A stretch of DNA of 48,101 bases from Tubiluchus corallicola (lineage: Eukaryota; Animalia; Priapulida), in the NCBI GenBank assembly GCA_030141605.1, contig JAQGDQ010001312.1, positions 1 through 48,101 on the forward strand, in the 5' to 3' direction. The notes under the pieces were generated by a model, which saw nothing but the letters and a program-made list of their open reading frames with translations, ran no database searches and was not told the DNA's origin. Shown piece after piece: positions 13,194 to 27,416 of the stretch (its first letter is position 1; every line of letters begins with the position of its first letter). The position numbers and the translations under genes were made by a program.

Positions 13194-13588
13194 AGGAAGA
13201 CAGGACGATTGTTTAGACCCAATCTCATTTTAATTTACTGTCCAACATATAAATTTTCTTGCCTATAAAAGTTAACAGTTGTTCCTTATATTTGAATAAT
13301 TAGCTTAGAAAGTTAATTAATGGCAACCGAACACAGCTATTGCTTACGTCAGAAACTAACCACTGTTTGTGCAATGGAGGGCATCTTCCCTTGCGGGTCA
13401 AGCACATTTACATAAGTGTTACTGCTTAAATGCATGATGTCATGAAAAATGGGCCATGCAAATGTGACAAAAAGGCACCACTGCCAATCTTAGTAGATTC
13501 ACTGAGCCGTGCGTAGCTTTGAAAATTTAACGAAATTTGAGTATCCAATTGTAGTTTTCACGTGTTTACACAATCATCCGGTTTTCCG
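13194..13588. mobile_element. Non-autonomous Kolobok-like element, copy 2; mirror 34511-34905
   Basis: TTAA-aggaagacaggacgattgtttagac pairs imperfectly with gtttacacaatcatccggttttccg; body homologous to 7197-7682. Confidence 0.65.
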
Positions 13589-13597
13589 TAAAAAAAT

Positions 13598-14460
13598 ATA
13601 GCATGGTGGTAGGTATAACATACTGCAGTACAGTGTATATAGAGTATTGCATATACAGTGTATTCACTATTGTTTGGTATAGCTTACTATAGCGTGGTGG
13701 TAGGTATACCATACTACAGTACAGTGTATATAGAGTATTGCATATACAGTGTATACAGGGTGTGATAGTGCATAGCATGGTGGTAGGTATAACATACTGC
13801 AGTACAGTGTATATAGAGTATTGCATATACAGTGTATACAGGGTGTGATAGTGCATAGCATGGTGGTAGGTATAACATACTGCAGTACAGTGTATATAGA
13901 GTATTGCATATACAGTGTATTCACTATTGTTTGGTATAGCTTACTATAGCGTGTTGGTAGGTATACCATACTACAGTACAGTGTATATAGAGTATTGCAT
14001 ATACAGTGTATTCACTATTGTTTGGTATAGCTTACTATAGCGTGGTGGTAGGTATACCATACTACAGTACAGTGTATATAGAGTATTGCATATACAGTGT
14101 ATACAGGGTGTGATAGTGCATAGCATGGTGGTAGGTATAACATACTGCAGTACAGTGTATATAGAGTATTGCATATACAGTGTATACAGGGTGTGATAGT
14201 GCATAGCATGGTGGTAGGTATAACATACTGCAGTACAGTGTATATAGAATATTGCATATACAGTGTATTCACTATTGTTTGGTATAGCTTACTATAGCGT
14301 GGTGGTAGGTATACCATACTGCAGCACAGTGTATATAGAGTATTGCATATACAGTGTATACAGGGTGTGATAGTGCATAGCATGGTGGTAGGTATAACAT
14401 ACTGCAGTACAGTGTATATAGAGTATTGCATATACAGTGTATACAGAGTGTGATAGTGCA
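13598..14460. repeat. Compound satellite of 83-bp and 91-bp unit variants, ~10 units; mirror 33639-34501
   Basis: Shared core ggtggtaggtata...cagtacagtgtatatagagtattgcatatacagtgtat with two alternative tails (acagggtgtgatagtgc or tcactattgtttggtatagcttact). Confidence 0.95.
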
Positions 14461-16239
14461 GGTGTCAGATTTACCTCGCTGTCATTGCAATTGAGATATC
14501 ACCTTGCTCCTAAACCTTTAAATTCCTAACTCACTATTACTGTGTGGCAAGTCGTTGCTATTGGGGTTGACAGTTTCGGCTTTGGAGCTAATTTCATTGC
14601 ATTTAAAGTAATCGAGTGCACAAAAAGGCCACATCAAATGAATTTGTCATTTTGATTTGTGCACCACCATGAAGAAAACAATAATTTAAGAAAAAGGATG
14701 TTTTCCTGACAGTAATTTAGAGTCGATTGAACCCATGAAGTGAATCGGAATTTTATTAACGTAATGTGTCCATACAATAATTATTAAGACAAATTCAATA
14801 CTGTAAATAACCCATTCTACAGCTGTAAAACCAAACGTCACTTGAAATCCAAACAAGTTTTTTTTGCTGAGAATGCTGAGGATATATTATGCAGGATGAT
14901 GTCTATGATGAATTTTATTTCTGGGGAATCTTGGATCAATTTTGATACAGCATAAAAAATAATTTCCGTCGATTCGTGAGCAAATCTTCAACTTGGTGCA
15001 ATTGCTAGATTAATAATACCCTTAGTGTACTTGCTTTTCGCCCATGAAGTCGAGTAGGCCCTTAGAGTACATAGGATTTACTTCAGACCATTTAATTCTG
15101 CGAACAAGTTACACAAGTAGCAATGTTACCAAAGATTGGAAAATTCTACTCCTGGTTTCCTGATGCATGGTGTGGATTTACTAAACTAGCATGTGTACCA
15201 AAATAATAATAAACAGGACCACATTAAAAATATGCATTGTATATTTTAGATATTATCTACGACTGTGTCCGAAATAAAACTTTATTAAATTTATCACAAA
15301 TTATAGTGATTTTTCGCTGAATGCCACAGTCCACAGCCATGATGTGGTCGTTGCGGTGTGTTACAATTATAAAAAATTACTTTGCGTCGAACTCACAGCA
15401 CCAGTTTTTGAAACTTCAAACCATTTGCAGCCAGCTTATAAAGCGCTGTTGCTGTCTGCTGTTTTGACGTGTTGTTTTAGTAATTTTGGTGGTCATTTTA
15501 CTCGCCTAAACTAAATTAAAGAGAAAAATGTGTAGCTTATTGATGTGTTATTTTTAGTACCGTGTCAGTGCGACCACTACTTTTGGTCATTAAAGCAGGA
15601 ACCTTTACAAATAATTGTTGTTACAGTAATCGAGACCGGAAACACATGGCCTACCTAAATCTTGGCGTGGTGGTCCTATTGACTGACGGCAGTCATCCTA
15701 ATTATTCACACATGTAGATTCTCATGAGTACTTATTAGTATATCTCCTAACTTTTCTTTATAGACTACATGCATTGCTTAATTTTTGGACTCACATTAAA
15801 AAATAGTAAACAATATAACTGAAAGTTTAATAAAATTATATATATACTTTCAATAGTTGTAAATTTTTCATACTACTTTACAATGATTATAACAAATAAT
15901 ACGAAATTGATACTAACTATAAGTCCTGCTAATAATTTTTTCCATTCTTCTTCATTAGTCATCACCTTCGTTCATTCTATTCTTGCAACCTTCTGTCAGC
16001 ATCAAACAGATAACTAATTTGTCCGACCCTTTCGCACTCACCTACTCAACATCAAGTGCATAATAACTATTTTGTTTCATTTTTAACTGAGTAACTTATA
16101 ATTTTTTGTGATCGTCTACTTACGAAAATTGTATAGTGATGTATTTACACTTCGAAAGGCTTTAATATTCGTGTATCCTGTTAGCCAATCACTAGTTGAC
16201 TAATTACGTTTGTATATATTATTTTCTTCAAATAAACTA

Positions 16240-16624
16240 TAGTCAACCTAGGATATAAGGGACAGAGGGTGTATTTACATCTGTACTTTTTCGTACTTTT
16301 ACTTTTTATGGATTATTGCTACACATTCAGTTCAAACGGAATGTAGGAAGCTCTTTCAGTGATGCGAGATGTATGTGACTGTGGAAACCGAGCTGTTTGA
16401 AGGCCGAGTTTGTGAAAAATTGAGGTTAAAAATCGATCAATTTTCCTTTGGTCATAGGGTCCTTTATGTGCAAGGTAATTTACCTGTGTTTCTGTTGCGC
16501 GGGACCTGAAGTTATCGTCCCTTATATCCGAGTACGTTATATACAAAGATTTTTATCACAGAAAATGTTACGCAAAATAGTTATTGCCCCTTATAAGCAA
16601 GTATCTTATACCCGAGGTTGACTG
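16240..16624. mobile_element. Tc1/mariner(pogo)-type MITE; mirror 31475-31859
   Basis: TA-tagtcaacctaggatataag ... cttatacccgaggttgactg-TA; termini resemble the 1852-2180 element. Confidence 0.7.
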
Positions 16625-16737
16625 TATTGTTTAAATTAACTTTATACATGACAGTTGCAGTTTTTAATTCTCTCTTATCCCGGCCCCCGGAGCGCAGTTC
16701 TAAGAATTCTAGGTAATATCTGAGGTACTGATAACGA

Positions 16738-19700
16738 ATGCACGGTAAAATGGCAGTCATACCGACAGCACCACCATTACGTGAACTGCACAATTTATCT
16801 CAGCTGACTATGAATGAAGATAAGATTCTTTCATCACAGCTCATACGTCCGAACGTGTCAGCGATTCTGCAAAAGGCGCCAAAAGCGCGTGAGAACTTCA
16901 AACCACCATGGTTTGTATTTTTTAATTATTTATAAATTCTGTATTTATTTGAGTACTTTGTTGTTACTGTTACTAGAACCATTCAGTCATGCTGCATTCT
17001 GTCATGCTGCATTATATTTATATATAAATATGGTTGGTTGGCATCCTTCTGTCTCGGAAGACAATGGAGTGTGCGCCAAGAGAGTCGGTTATTGATCACA
17101 TTGATGGAGCTGCAGCGTCGACTGTGGCTGAGCAGTGCGATCCTTGTACGTCTCCAGGGCACACGCCTGGGCAAGGTGTATGGAGATCCTGAATTGCCCA
17201 GACAACAGGAACCCCCTCTCTTCCTCCCTGGTGTAGTCCAAAGGAAAGCGGAGCGATACGTTTGGCACCAGGTTGGCTGCCGGAGTCAGTGAGCATGCTG
17301 CACTGGTCTGCCTTCGGAGCTCCACTCCTGATTTGGAAGGTTTACTCCTGTACACATGGCCGTTGGGTCACTTGACCTCCTCCGCCCTCTAGCCGTTGGC
17401 TGCCTTGTGCAGCTCCTCCGCCTAGTGTCGAGATACAGTGTGGGCATCACGCAAGCCTACAGCACCTGGTATTCCTAGGCGGTCACCCATCCAAGCACTA
17501 ACCAGGCTCTACGTTGCTTAACTTTGGTGATCAGACGAGAACCGGTGTTTTCAACATGATTTGGCCGTAGTCAAAAGTACTATGCTGCAGCAGTTACTGC
17601 TTGTTATTCTCTATTCCTAAATCAGTTATAATGATTTTTTAATTCAAATATCCAGGAAAAGATCTATGATTCCCCCACCTCCTCGGCTGTTTAGTGACCG
17701 CAGTAAGAAAGATAATGAAGTGATATCGCAGATCTTACAGAACGCGGCAGAAGATGTCCGTCCCACTCAAACCCCACAGCTCGCTGGACATGGCGATGAC
17801 AACGAATTATACAGGTACGTCGTTTTGTTAGCGTGGCAAAGTTGTTTCATTTGAAAGCGACGTGTTGGGAGCGAAAGAGGAGGTTGAATGATAAAGAGGA
17901 GGTCGTAATTGGTTGTAGTTGATAACTGATTATTGATTAACGGAGACAAGAATGTCGACACTTTCCTCCACTGGGTTGCCACTATCAAACTGTGGATTTT
18001 AGTGAAATCCTAGGACTTGATGACATGTGGTAGGAGACAGGGACGTATGTTGAGGTGGGTTGCCACTATCAAACTGTGGATTTTAGTGAAATCCTAGGAC
18101 TTGATGACATGTGGTAAGAGATAGGGACGTATGTTGGGGTGAGTTGCCACTATCAAACTGTGGATTTTAGTGAAATCCTAGGACTTGATGACATGTGGTA
18201 GGAGACAGGGACGTATGTTGAGGTGGGTTGCCACTATCAAACTGTGAATTTTAGTGAAATCCTAGGACTTGATGACATGTGGTAGGAGACAGGGACGTAT
18301 GTTGAGGTGGGTTGCCACTATCAAACTGTGGATTTTAGTGAAATCCTAGGAGTTGATGACATGTGGTAGGAGACAGGGACGTATGTTGGGGTGAGTTGCC
18401 ACTATCAAACTGTGGATTTTAGTGAAATCCTAGGACTTGATGACATGTGGTAGGAGACAGGGACGTATGTTGGGGTGGGTTGTCACTATCAAACTGTGGA
18501 TTTTAGTGAAATCCTAGGACTTGATGACATGTGGTAGGAGACAGGGACGTATGTTGAGGTGGGTTGCCACTATCAAACTGTGGATTTTAGTGAAATCCTA
18601 GGACTTGATGAGATGTGGTAGGAGACAGGGACGTATGTTGAGGTGGGTTGCCACTATCAAACTGTGGATTTTAGTGAAATCCTAGGACTTGATGACATGT
18701 GGTAGGAGACAGGGACGTATGTTGAGGTGGGTTGCCACTATCAAACTGTGGATTTTAGTGAAATCCTAGGACTTGATGACATGTGGTAGGAGATAGGGAC
18801 GTATGTTGAGGTGGGTTAGCACTATCAAACTGTGGATTTTAGTGAAATCCTAGGACTTGATGACATGTGGTAGGAGACAGGGACGTATGTTGGGGTGAGT
18901 TGCCACTATCAAACTGTGGATTTTAGTGAAATCCTAGGACTTGATGACATGTGGTGGGAGACGGGGATGTATGTTGAGGTGGGTTGCCACTATCAAACTG
19001 TGGATTTTACTGAAGTCCTAGGACTTGATGACATGTGGTAGGAGACAGGGACATATGTTGAGGTGGGTTAGCACTATCAAACTGTGGATTTTAGTGAAGT
19101 TTTAGGAGTTGATGACATGTGGTAGGAGACAGAGACGTATGTTGAGGTGGGTTGCCACTATCAAACTGTGGATTTTAGTGAAATCCTAGGACTTGATGAC
19201 ATGTGGTAGGAGACAGGGACGTATGTTGGGGTGGGTTGCCACTATCAAACTGTGGATTTTAGTGAAATCCTAGGACTTGATGACACGTGGTAGGAGACAG
19301 GGACGTATGTTGAGGTGGGTTGCCACTATCAAACTGTGGATTTTAGTGAAATCCTAGGACTTGATGACATGTGGTAGGAGACAGGGACGTATGTTGGGGT
19401 GAGTTGCCACTATCAAACTGTGGATCTTAGTGAAATCCTAGGACTTGATGACATGTGGTAGGAGACAGGGACATATGTTGAGGTGGGTTAGCACTATCAA
19501 ACTGTGGATTTTAGTGAAGTTTTAGGACTTGATGACATGTGGTGGGAGACAGGGACGTATGTTGAGGTGGGTTAGCACTATCAAACTGTGGATTTTAGTG
19601 AAATCCTAGGACTTGATGACATGTGGTAGGAGACAGGGACGTATGTTGGGGTGAGTTGCCACTATCAAACTGTGGATTTTAGTGAAATCCTAGGACTTGA

Positions 19701-20682
19701 TGACATGTGGTAGGTAACTCAAATGTAGACTTAGGTAGTTCAAATGTGTCTTGGTAACTCAAATGTAGATTTAGGTAATTCAAATGTGTCTTGGTAACTC
19801 AAATGTAGACTTTGGTCGCTCAAATGTGTTAACAATGGTTTTCAAGAAATCTTAAGTGTTTTTGGTAAGTCAAATGTAGACACATGTCAAGTCAAATGTG
19901 ACATTGGTATCTCAAATGTGGATAGGTGGTAAAGTTTAATGATGTTAAATTTAATCTTCTTTAATTTCAATTTAATAATTGTTCTTAAGTTAAAATAACA
20001 ACATCATAGGCCTACTAATAGTTCGCTAATATTCTGTAGACTTCACATACCACTGGAACTGTTAGAGAAAATAATACATTCTTAAAATAAACAATGTTTC
20101 TTGAGAGAAACTAATTCATTAATGCAGTGCTAATGCATTACTTAAAAAACTAATTAGTGATTCGCTGTTCATTGGGAAGTGGAAACCAATTTATTCTTTT
20201 CTACTGACATTTTTTGTAAAACGTTGACAAATAAAATGTAGAATTCTATGTCTACATTTGACTTACCTAAGTCACATTTGAGTTACCAAAACACATTCGA
20301 AATTCCTATGTCTACATTTGACGTGTAAAACCTATAGAAGCATAGTAAGAAATAAATTACTGTGAATCTGTGTGTGTGAAGCTCATCAGAACTATTGTTA
20401 ATTTTGACAGCAACATGGAAGATGCCGATAGTTTTCCATCCGAATCAAAATTTGGAAATTTCAACCGGCTGCCTCTAGGTTTTGGTGAAGATGTTCAGAA
20501 TTTCTCCCCACCAGCTACGCAGCGAGATCTTTTTGCGCAGTACGAAAATAAGAACTTGTCTGACGAAGATGAAAAAGTGCTTCATAGGAATGAAGCCGAC
20601 AGATTCAGCGAACCTGATGATGATTTCAAAAATCCTGATCGAAGCAAAAGGTGTCTATGAAAATTGTGAAACTTTTGTGTGC

Positions 20683-20716
<34 letters not shown>

Positions 20717-21142
20717 GCTATTGTCATTGTTGTCGTTGCTGCTGTTGTTGTTGTTGCTGCTGCTGCCACTGTTGTTGCTGTTGTTGGTGGTGGTGGTGCT
20801 GTTGTCGTTGTCATTGTTGTTGTTGCTGTTGTTGCTGCTGCTGCCACTGCCGGTGTTGCTGTTGTTGCCGCTGCCACTGTTGTTGTTGTTGTTGCTGCTG
20901 CTGTTGCTGCTGCTACTGCCGTTGCCACTGTTTCCGTTGCTGCTGCTGTTTGCCGCTGTTGCTGTTGTTGCTGCTGTTGTTGCTGCTATTGTCGTTGTCG
21001 TTGCTGTTGCTGCTGCCACTGTTGCTGTTTCTGTTGTTGCTGCCGCTGCCACTGTTGCTGTTGTTGTTGTTGGTGGTGCTGTTGTTGCTGCTGCTGCCAC
21101 TGCCGGTGTCGCTGTTGTTGCCGCTGCCACTGTTGTTGCTGC

Positions 21143-21178
<36 letters not shown>

Positions 21179-22161
21179 CGTTGCCACTGTTGCTGTTGCT
21201 GCTGCCGTTGCCGCTGTTGCTGTTGTTGCTGCTGCTGCTATTGTCGTTGTCGTTGTTGTTGTTGCTGCTGCTATTGTCGTTGTCGTTGTTGTTGTTGCTG
21301 TTGCTGCTGCCACTGTTGCTGTTTCTGTTGTTGCTGCCGCTGCCACTGTTGCTGTTGTTGTTGTTGGTGGTGCTGTTGTCGTTGTTGTTGTTGCTGTTGT
21401 TGCTGCTGCTGCCACTGCAGGTGTTGCTGTTGTTGTTGTTGCTGCTGCTGCTGCTGCTGCCGTTGCCGCTGTTGCTGCTGTTGTTGTTGTGGCTGCTGCC
21501 GCTGCCGTTGCCGCTGTTGCTGTTGTTGTTGTTGCTGCTGCTGTTGTTGCTGCTGCTGTTGTTGTTGTGGCTGCTGCTGCTGCTGCTGTTGCTGTTGCTG
21601 TTGGTATTGGTGGTGGCGTCTTTGGCATTATTGTTGTTGTTGCTCTTGTTGTTCTTGTTGTTGTTATCCATTTATTCTTATATTATCACTCGTACAATAA
21701 TACAGGCAAAATTCATGTAATAGTTAGCAAAATTAGTGGTTAATTAGTTAGTGATTACAATGTTTACAGTGTATATACATGATTATGAATTTCTCTTAGT
21801 TAATAATGAGACAGTGCAATATATCCTAGAATTTGTCTAAATAGTTCAAAATTTAATTCACAATTATTAATTAAGTTTTCTTCCCTAATTGATAAAAAGA
21901 ATATTACGCTCACTAGCATTGTCAACATAATTTTGTTCAAATTTCTCATTCTAACTAACAGTGGTCCTCGCATTGTTAATATCACCAACAGTTTAATTAT
22001 TTTCAGCGGACGCACGTTTGAAATTGATACTTTAAAAGTTTTGTGCGTTTCAGGCTGAAGAGCAAACAGTTTGGAGATCCTGTAAGAAAAGAGGCATTAT
22101 TGGAGGTCCTTCGTACAGCAGAGGATATGCAACCTACTCCGATGTTTCCTCTTCCAAACAG
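16738..22161 (+). CDS. Uncharacterised spliced gene; exons 16738-16910, 17656-17814, 20411-20650, 22054-22161; 3' end uncertain
   Basis: Four complex, stop-free segments joined by GT-AG introns, all phase 2, give a continuous ~226-aa hydrophilic, Pro-rich frame (...ENFKPPW-KRSMIPPPPRLF...NELYS-NMEDADSF...PDRSKR-LKSKQFGDPVRKEALLEVLRTAEDMQPTPMFPLPN). Some donors are weak; no family recognised. Confidence 0.65.
17011..17572 (-). mobile_element. 5S rRNA-derived SINE (SINE3-type) with RTE-LINE-like body and tail, intronic, antisense to host gene
   Basis: A 120-nt 5S head runs without a T-run terminator into a ~420-bp GC-rich body. The body ends with an RTE C-terminal zinc-finger-like remnant (RIALLSHSRRCS) and an RTE-like 3' end (ctccattgtcttccgagacagaaggatgcca), then ccaa repeats and an AT-rich tail. 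Confidence 0.8.
17453..17572 (-). pseudogene. 5S rRNA-like sequence (SINE head or 5S pseudogene)
   Basis: gactacggccaaatcatgttgaaaacaccggttctcgtctgatcacc...gttaagcaacg...tggatgggtgaccgcctaggaataccaggtgctgtaggctt: full-length metazoan 5S with box A/C regions and several substitutions. Confidence 0.9.
17973..19714. repeat. 84-bp satellite, ~21 copies, intronic; mirror 28385-30126
   Basis: Unit gggttgccactatcaaactgtggattttagtgaaatcctaggacttgatgacatgtggtaggagacagggacgtatgttgaggt. Confidence 0.97.
19712..20325. mobile_element. Foldback/MITE-like element with inverted ~20-bp subterminal repeats; mirror ~27774-28387
   Basis: ggtaactcaaatgtagac-type repeats at 19712-19920 and their reverse complement gtctacatttgacttacc at 20250-20325, around an AT-rich core. 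Confidence 0.6.
20680..21665. repeat. Compound GTT/GCT/GCC trinucleotide tract (~1 kb), intronic; mirror ~26440-27419
   Basis: Direct reading; contains higher-order blocks such as gccactgttgctgtttctgttgttgctgccgctgccact. Confidence 0.95.
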
Positions 22162-22211
22162 GTTATCTTTGTTAAGCTTATAAATTGTCATAATCATGTT
22201 ATAACACATAC

Positions 22212-22769
<558 letters not shown>

Positions 22770-23209
22770 ACAGAAACATGCAAAGTTATATCTATGACAT
22801 TTAAAGGTCAAGGTCACTACCGATACGCGCTGTCACTGTCACACCGTGCTGGGAAAACAATGGTCTCTTGTCGTCAATAAACACAAAAACATGCAAAGTT
22901 ATATCTGACATTTAAAGGTCAAGGTCACTACCGATACGTGCTGTCACTGTCACACCGTGCTGAGGAAACAATGGTTCCCTGTCGTCAACAAACACAGAAA
23001 CATGCAAAGTTATATCTATGACATTTAAAGGTCAAGGTCACTTTGACTTGGTTGTTTCTTAATGCAAGTTTCCCATTGGTAAAAATTCTATAACAGCAAT
23101 GAAAAAACGACTAGTTAAGAAAAATCAAAAAACGGGCAGCCCAAAGAGCAAATAAGGGACCAAACATGGTATCTGATGAGCCTGCGGTTTGTTCTAATGT
23201 CAAAATTAA

Positions 23210-23212
<3 letters not shown>
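22770..23212 (+). repeat. Direct-repeat copy 1 (2.5 satellite units plus ~170-bp unique segment); copy 2 at 24581-25023
   Basis: Same unit-variant order and the same unique segment ctttgacttggttgtttc...gtcaaaattaatt at an offset of 1,811 bp. Confidence 0.92.
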
Positions 23213-23266
<54 letters not shown>

Positions 23267-23461
23267 ATGTATGTATGTATGTATGTATGTATGTATGTAT
23301 GTATGTATGTATGTATGTATGCATGTATGCATGTATGTATGTATGTATGTATGTATGTATGTATGTATGTATGTATGTATGTATGTATGTATGTATGTAT
23401 GTATGTATGTATGTATGTATGTATGTATGTATGTATGTATGTATGTATGTATGTATGTATG
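23213..23461. repeat. (TG)n/(TATG)n microsatellite
   Basis: Direct reading. Confidence 0.97.
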
Positions 23462-24853
23462 TCAACAAACACAAAAACATGCAAAGTTATATCTGACATT
23501 TAAAGGTCAAGGTCACTACCGATACGCGCTGTCGCTGTCACACCGTGCTGGGGAAACAATGGTCTCCTGTCGTCAACAAACACAGAAACATGCAAAGTTA
23601 TATCTGACATTTAAAGGTCAAGGTCACTACCGATACGCGCTGTTGCTGTCACACCGTGCTGAGGAAACAATGGTCTCCTGTCATCAACAAACACAGAAAC
23701 ATGCAAAGTTATATCTGACATTTAAAGGTCAAGGTCACTACCGATACGCGCTGTTGCTGTCACACCGTGCTGGGGAAACAATGGTCTCCTGTTGTCAACA
23801 AACACAGAAACATGCAAAGTTATATCTGACATTTAAAGGTCAAGGTCACTACCGATACGCGCTGTTGCTGTCACACCGTGCTGAGGAAACAATGGTCTCC
23901 TGTTGTCAACAAACACAGAAACATGCAAAGTTATATCTGACATTTAAAGGTCAAGGTCACTACCGATACGCGCTGTCACTGTCACACCGTGCTGAGGGAA
24001 CAATGGTCTCCTGTCGTCAACAAACACAAAAACATGCAAAGTTATATCTGACATTTAAAGGTCAAGGTCACTACCGATACGCGCTGTTGCTGTCACACCG
24101 TGCTGAGGAAACAATGGCCTCCTGTCGTCAACAAACACAGAAACATGCAAAGTTATATCTGACATTTAAAGGTCAACGTCACTACCGATACGCGCTGTTG
24201 CTGTCACACCGTGCTGAGGAAACAATGGTCTCCTGTTGTCAACAAACACAGAAACATGCAAAGTTATATCTATGACATTTAAAGGTCAAGGTCACTACCG
24301 ATATGCGCTGTCACTGTCACACCATGCTGGGAAAACAATGGTCTCCTGTCATCAATAAACACAAAAACATGCAAAGTTATATCTATGACATTTAAAGGTC
24401 AAGGTCACTACCGATACGCGCTGTCACTGTCACACCGTGCAGAGGAAACAATGGTCTCCTGTCGTCAACAAACACAGAAACATGCAAAGTTATATCTATG
24501 ACATTTAGAGGTCAAGGTCACTACCGATACGCACTGTCACACCGTGCTGACGAAACAATGGTCTCCTGTCGTCAATAAACACAGAAACATGCAAAGTTAT
24601 ATCTATGACATTTAAAGGTCAAGGTCACTACCGATACGCGCTGTCACTGTCACACCGTGCTGGGAAAACAATGGTCTCCTGTCGTCAATAAACACAAAAA
24701 CATGCAAAGTTATATCTGACATTTAAAGGTCAAGGTCACTACCGATACGTGCTGTCACTGTCACACCGTGCTGAGGAAACAATGGTCTCCTGTCGTCAAC
24801 AAACACAGAAACATGCAAAGTTATATCTATGACATTTAAAGGTCAAGGTCACT
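23462..24853 (+). repeat. 111/113-bp satellite, ~12.5 copies, spanning the palindrome axis, single orientation
   Basis: Unit caacaaacacagaaacatgcaaagttatatc(ta)tgacatttaaaggtcaaggtcactaccgatacgcgctg...ggtctcctgtcgt; 37-aa periodicity in ORF 23166..24275. Confidence 0.97.
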
Positions 24854-25020
24854 TTGACTTGGTTGTTTCTTAATGCAAGTTTCCCATTGGTAAAAATTCT
24901 ATAACAGCAATGAAAAAACGACTAGTTAAGAAAAATCAAAAAACGGGCAGCCCAAAGAGCAAATAAGGGACCAAACATGGTATCTGATGAGCCTGCGGTT
25001 TGTTCTAATGTCAAAATTAA

Positions 25021-25890
<870 letters not shown>

Positions 25891-25943
25891 CATGTATGTG
25901 TTATAACATGATTATGACAATTTATAAGCTTAACAAAGATAAC

Positions 25944-27382
25944 CTGTTTGGAAGAGGAAACATCGGAGTAGGTTGCATATCCTCTGCTGTACGAAGGACC
26001 TCCAATAATGCCTCTTTTCTTACAGGATCTCCAAACTGTTTGCTCTTCAGCCTGAAACGCACAAAACTTTTAAAGTATCAATTTCAAACGTGCGTCCGCT
26101 GAAAATAATTAAACTGTTGGTGATATTAACAATGCGAGGACCACTGTTAGTTAGAATGAGAAATTTGAACAAAATTATGTTGACAATGCTAGTGAGCGTA
26201 ATATTCTTTTTATCAATTAGGGAAGAAAACTTAATTAATAATTGTGAATTAAATTTTGAACTATTTAGACAAATTCTAGGATATATTGCACTGTCTCATT
26301 ATTAACTAAGAGAAATTCATAATCATGTATATACACTGTAAACATTGTAATCACTAACTAATTAACCACTAATTTTGCTAACTATTACATAAATTTTGCA
26401 TGTATTATTGTACGAGTGATAATATATGAATAAATGGATAACAACAACAAGAACAACAAGAGCAACAACAACAATAATGCCAAAGACGCCACCACCACCA
26501 CCAATACCAACAGCAACAGCAACAGCAGCAGCAGCAGCAGCCACAACAACAACAGCAGCAGCAACAACAGCAGCAGCAACAACAACAACAGCAACAGCGG
26601 CAACGGCAGCGGCAGCAGCCACAACAACAACAGCAGCAACAGCGGCAACGGCAGCAGCAGCAGCAGCAGCAACAACAACAACAGCAACACCTGCAGTGGC
26701 AGCAGCAGCAACAACAGCAACAACAACAACGACAACAGCACCACCAACAACAACAACAGCAACAGTGGCAGCGGCAGCAACAACAGAAACAGCAACAGTG
26801 GCAGCAGCAACAGCAACAACAACAACGACAACGACAATAGCAGCAGCAACAGCAACAACAACAACGACAACGACAATAGCAGCAGCAGCAACAACAGCAA
26901 CAGCGGCAACGGCAGCAGCAACAGCAACAGTGGCAACGGCAGCAGCAGCAGCAACAGCAGCAGCAGCAACAACAACAACAGTGGCAGCGGCAACAACAGC
27001 GACACCGGCAGTGGCAGCAGCAGCAACAACAGCACCACCAACAACAACAACAGCAACAGTGGCAGCGGCAGCAACAACAGAAACAGCAACAGTGGCAGCA
27101 GCAACAGCAACGACAACGACAATAGCAGCAACAACAGCAACAGCGGCAAACAGCAGCAGCAACGGAAACAGTGGCAACGGCAGTAGCAGCAGCAACAGCA
27201 GCAGCAACAACAACAACAACAGTGGCAGCGGCAACAACAGCAACACCGGCAGTGGCAGCAGCAGCAACAACAGCAACAACAACAATGACAACGACAACAG
27301 CACCACCACCACCAACAACAGCAACAACAGTGGCAGCAGCAGCAACAACAACAACAGCAGCAACGACAACAATGACAATAGC

Positions 27383-27416
<34 letters not shown>

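Noticed and set aside
17453-17572. Functional 5S rRNA gene
   Set aside because: No oligo-T terminator, several substitutions relative to typical 5S, not in a tandem array, and fused to a retroposon-like body.
17973-19714. Regular arrays (30, 84, 111 bp) as CRISPR arrays
   Set aside because: No unique spacers, no cas genes, and eukaryotic intronic context.
20482-21743. Poly-Cys/Leu/Ala/Val and Thr/Ala or Asn/Ser ORFs resembling antifreeze or mucin proteins
   Set aside because: The trinucleotide tract is largely open in all six frames, lies in a predicted intron, and shows no signal peptide or unique domain.
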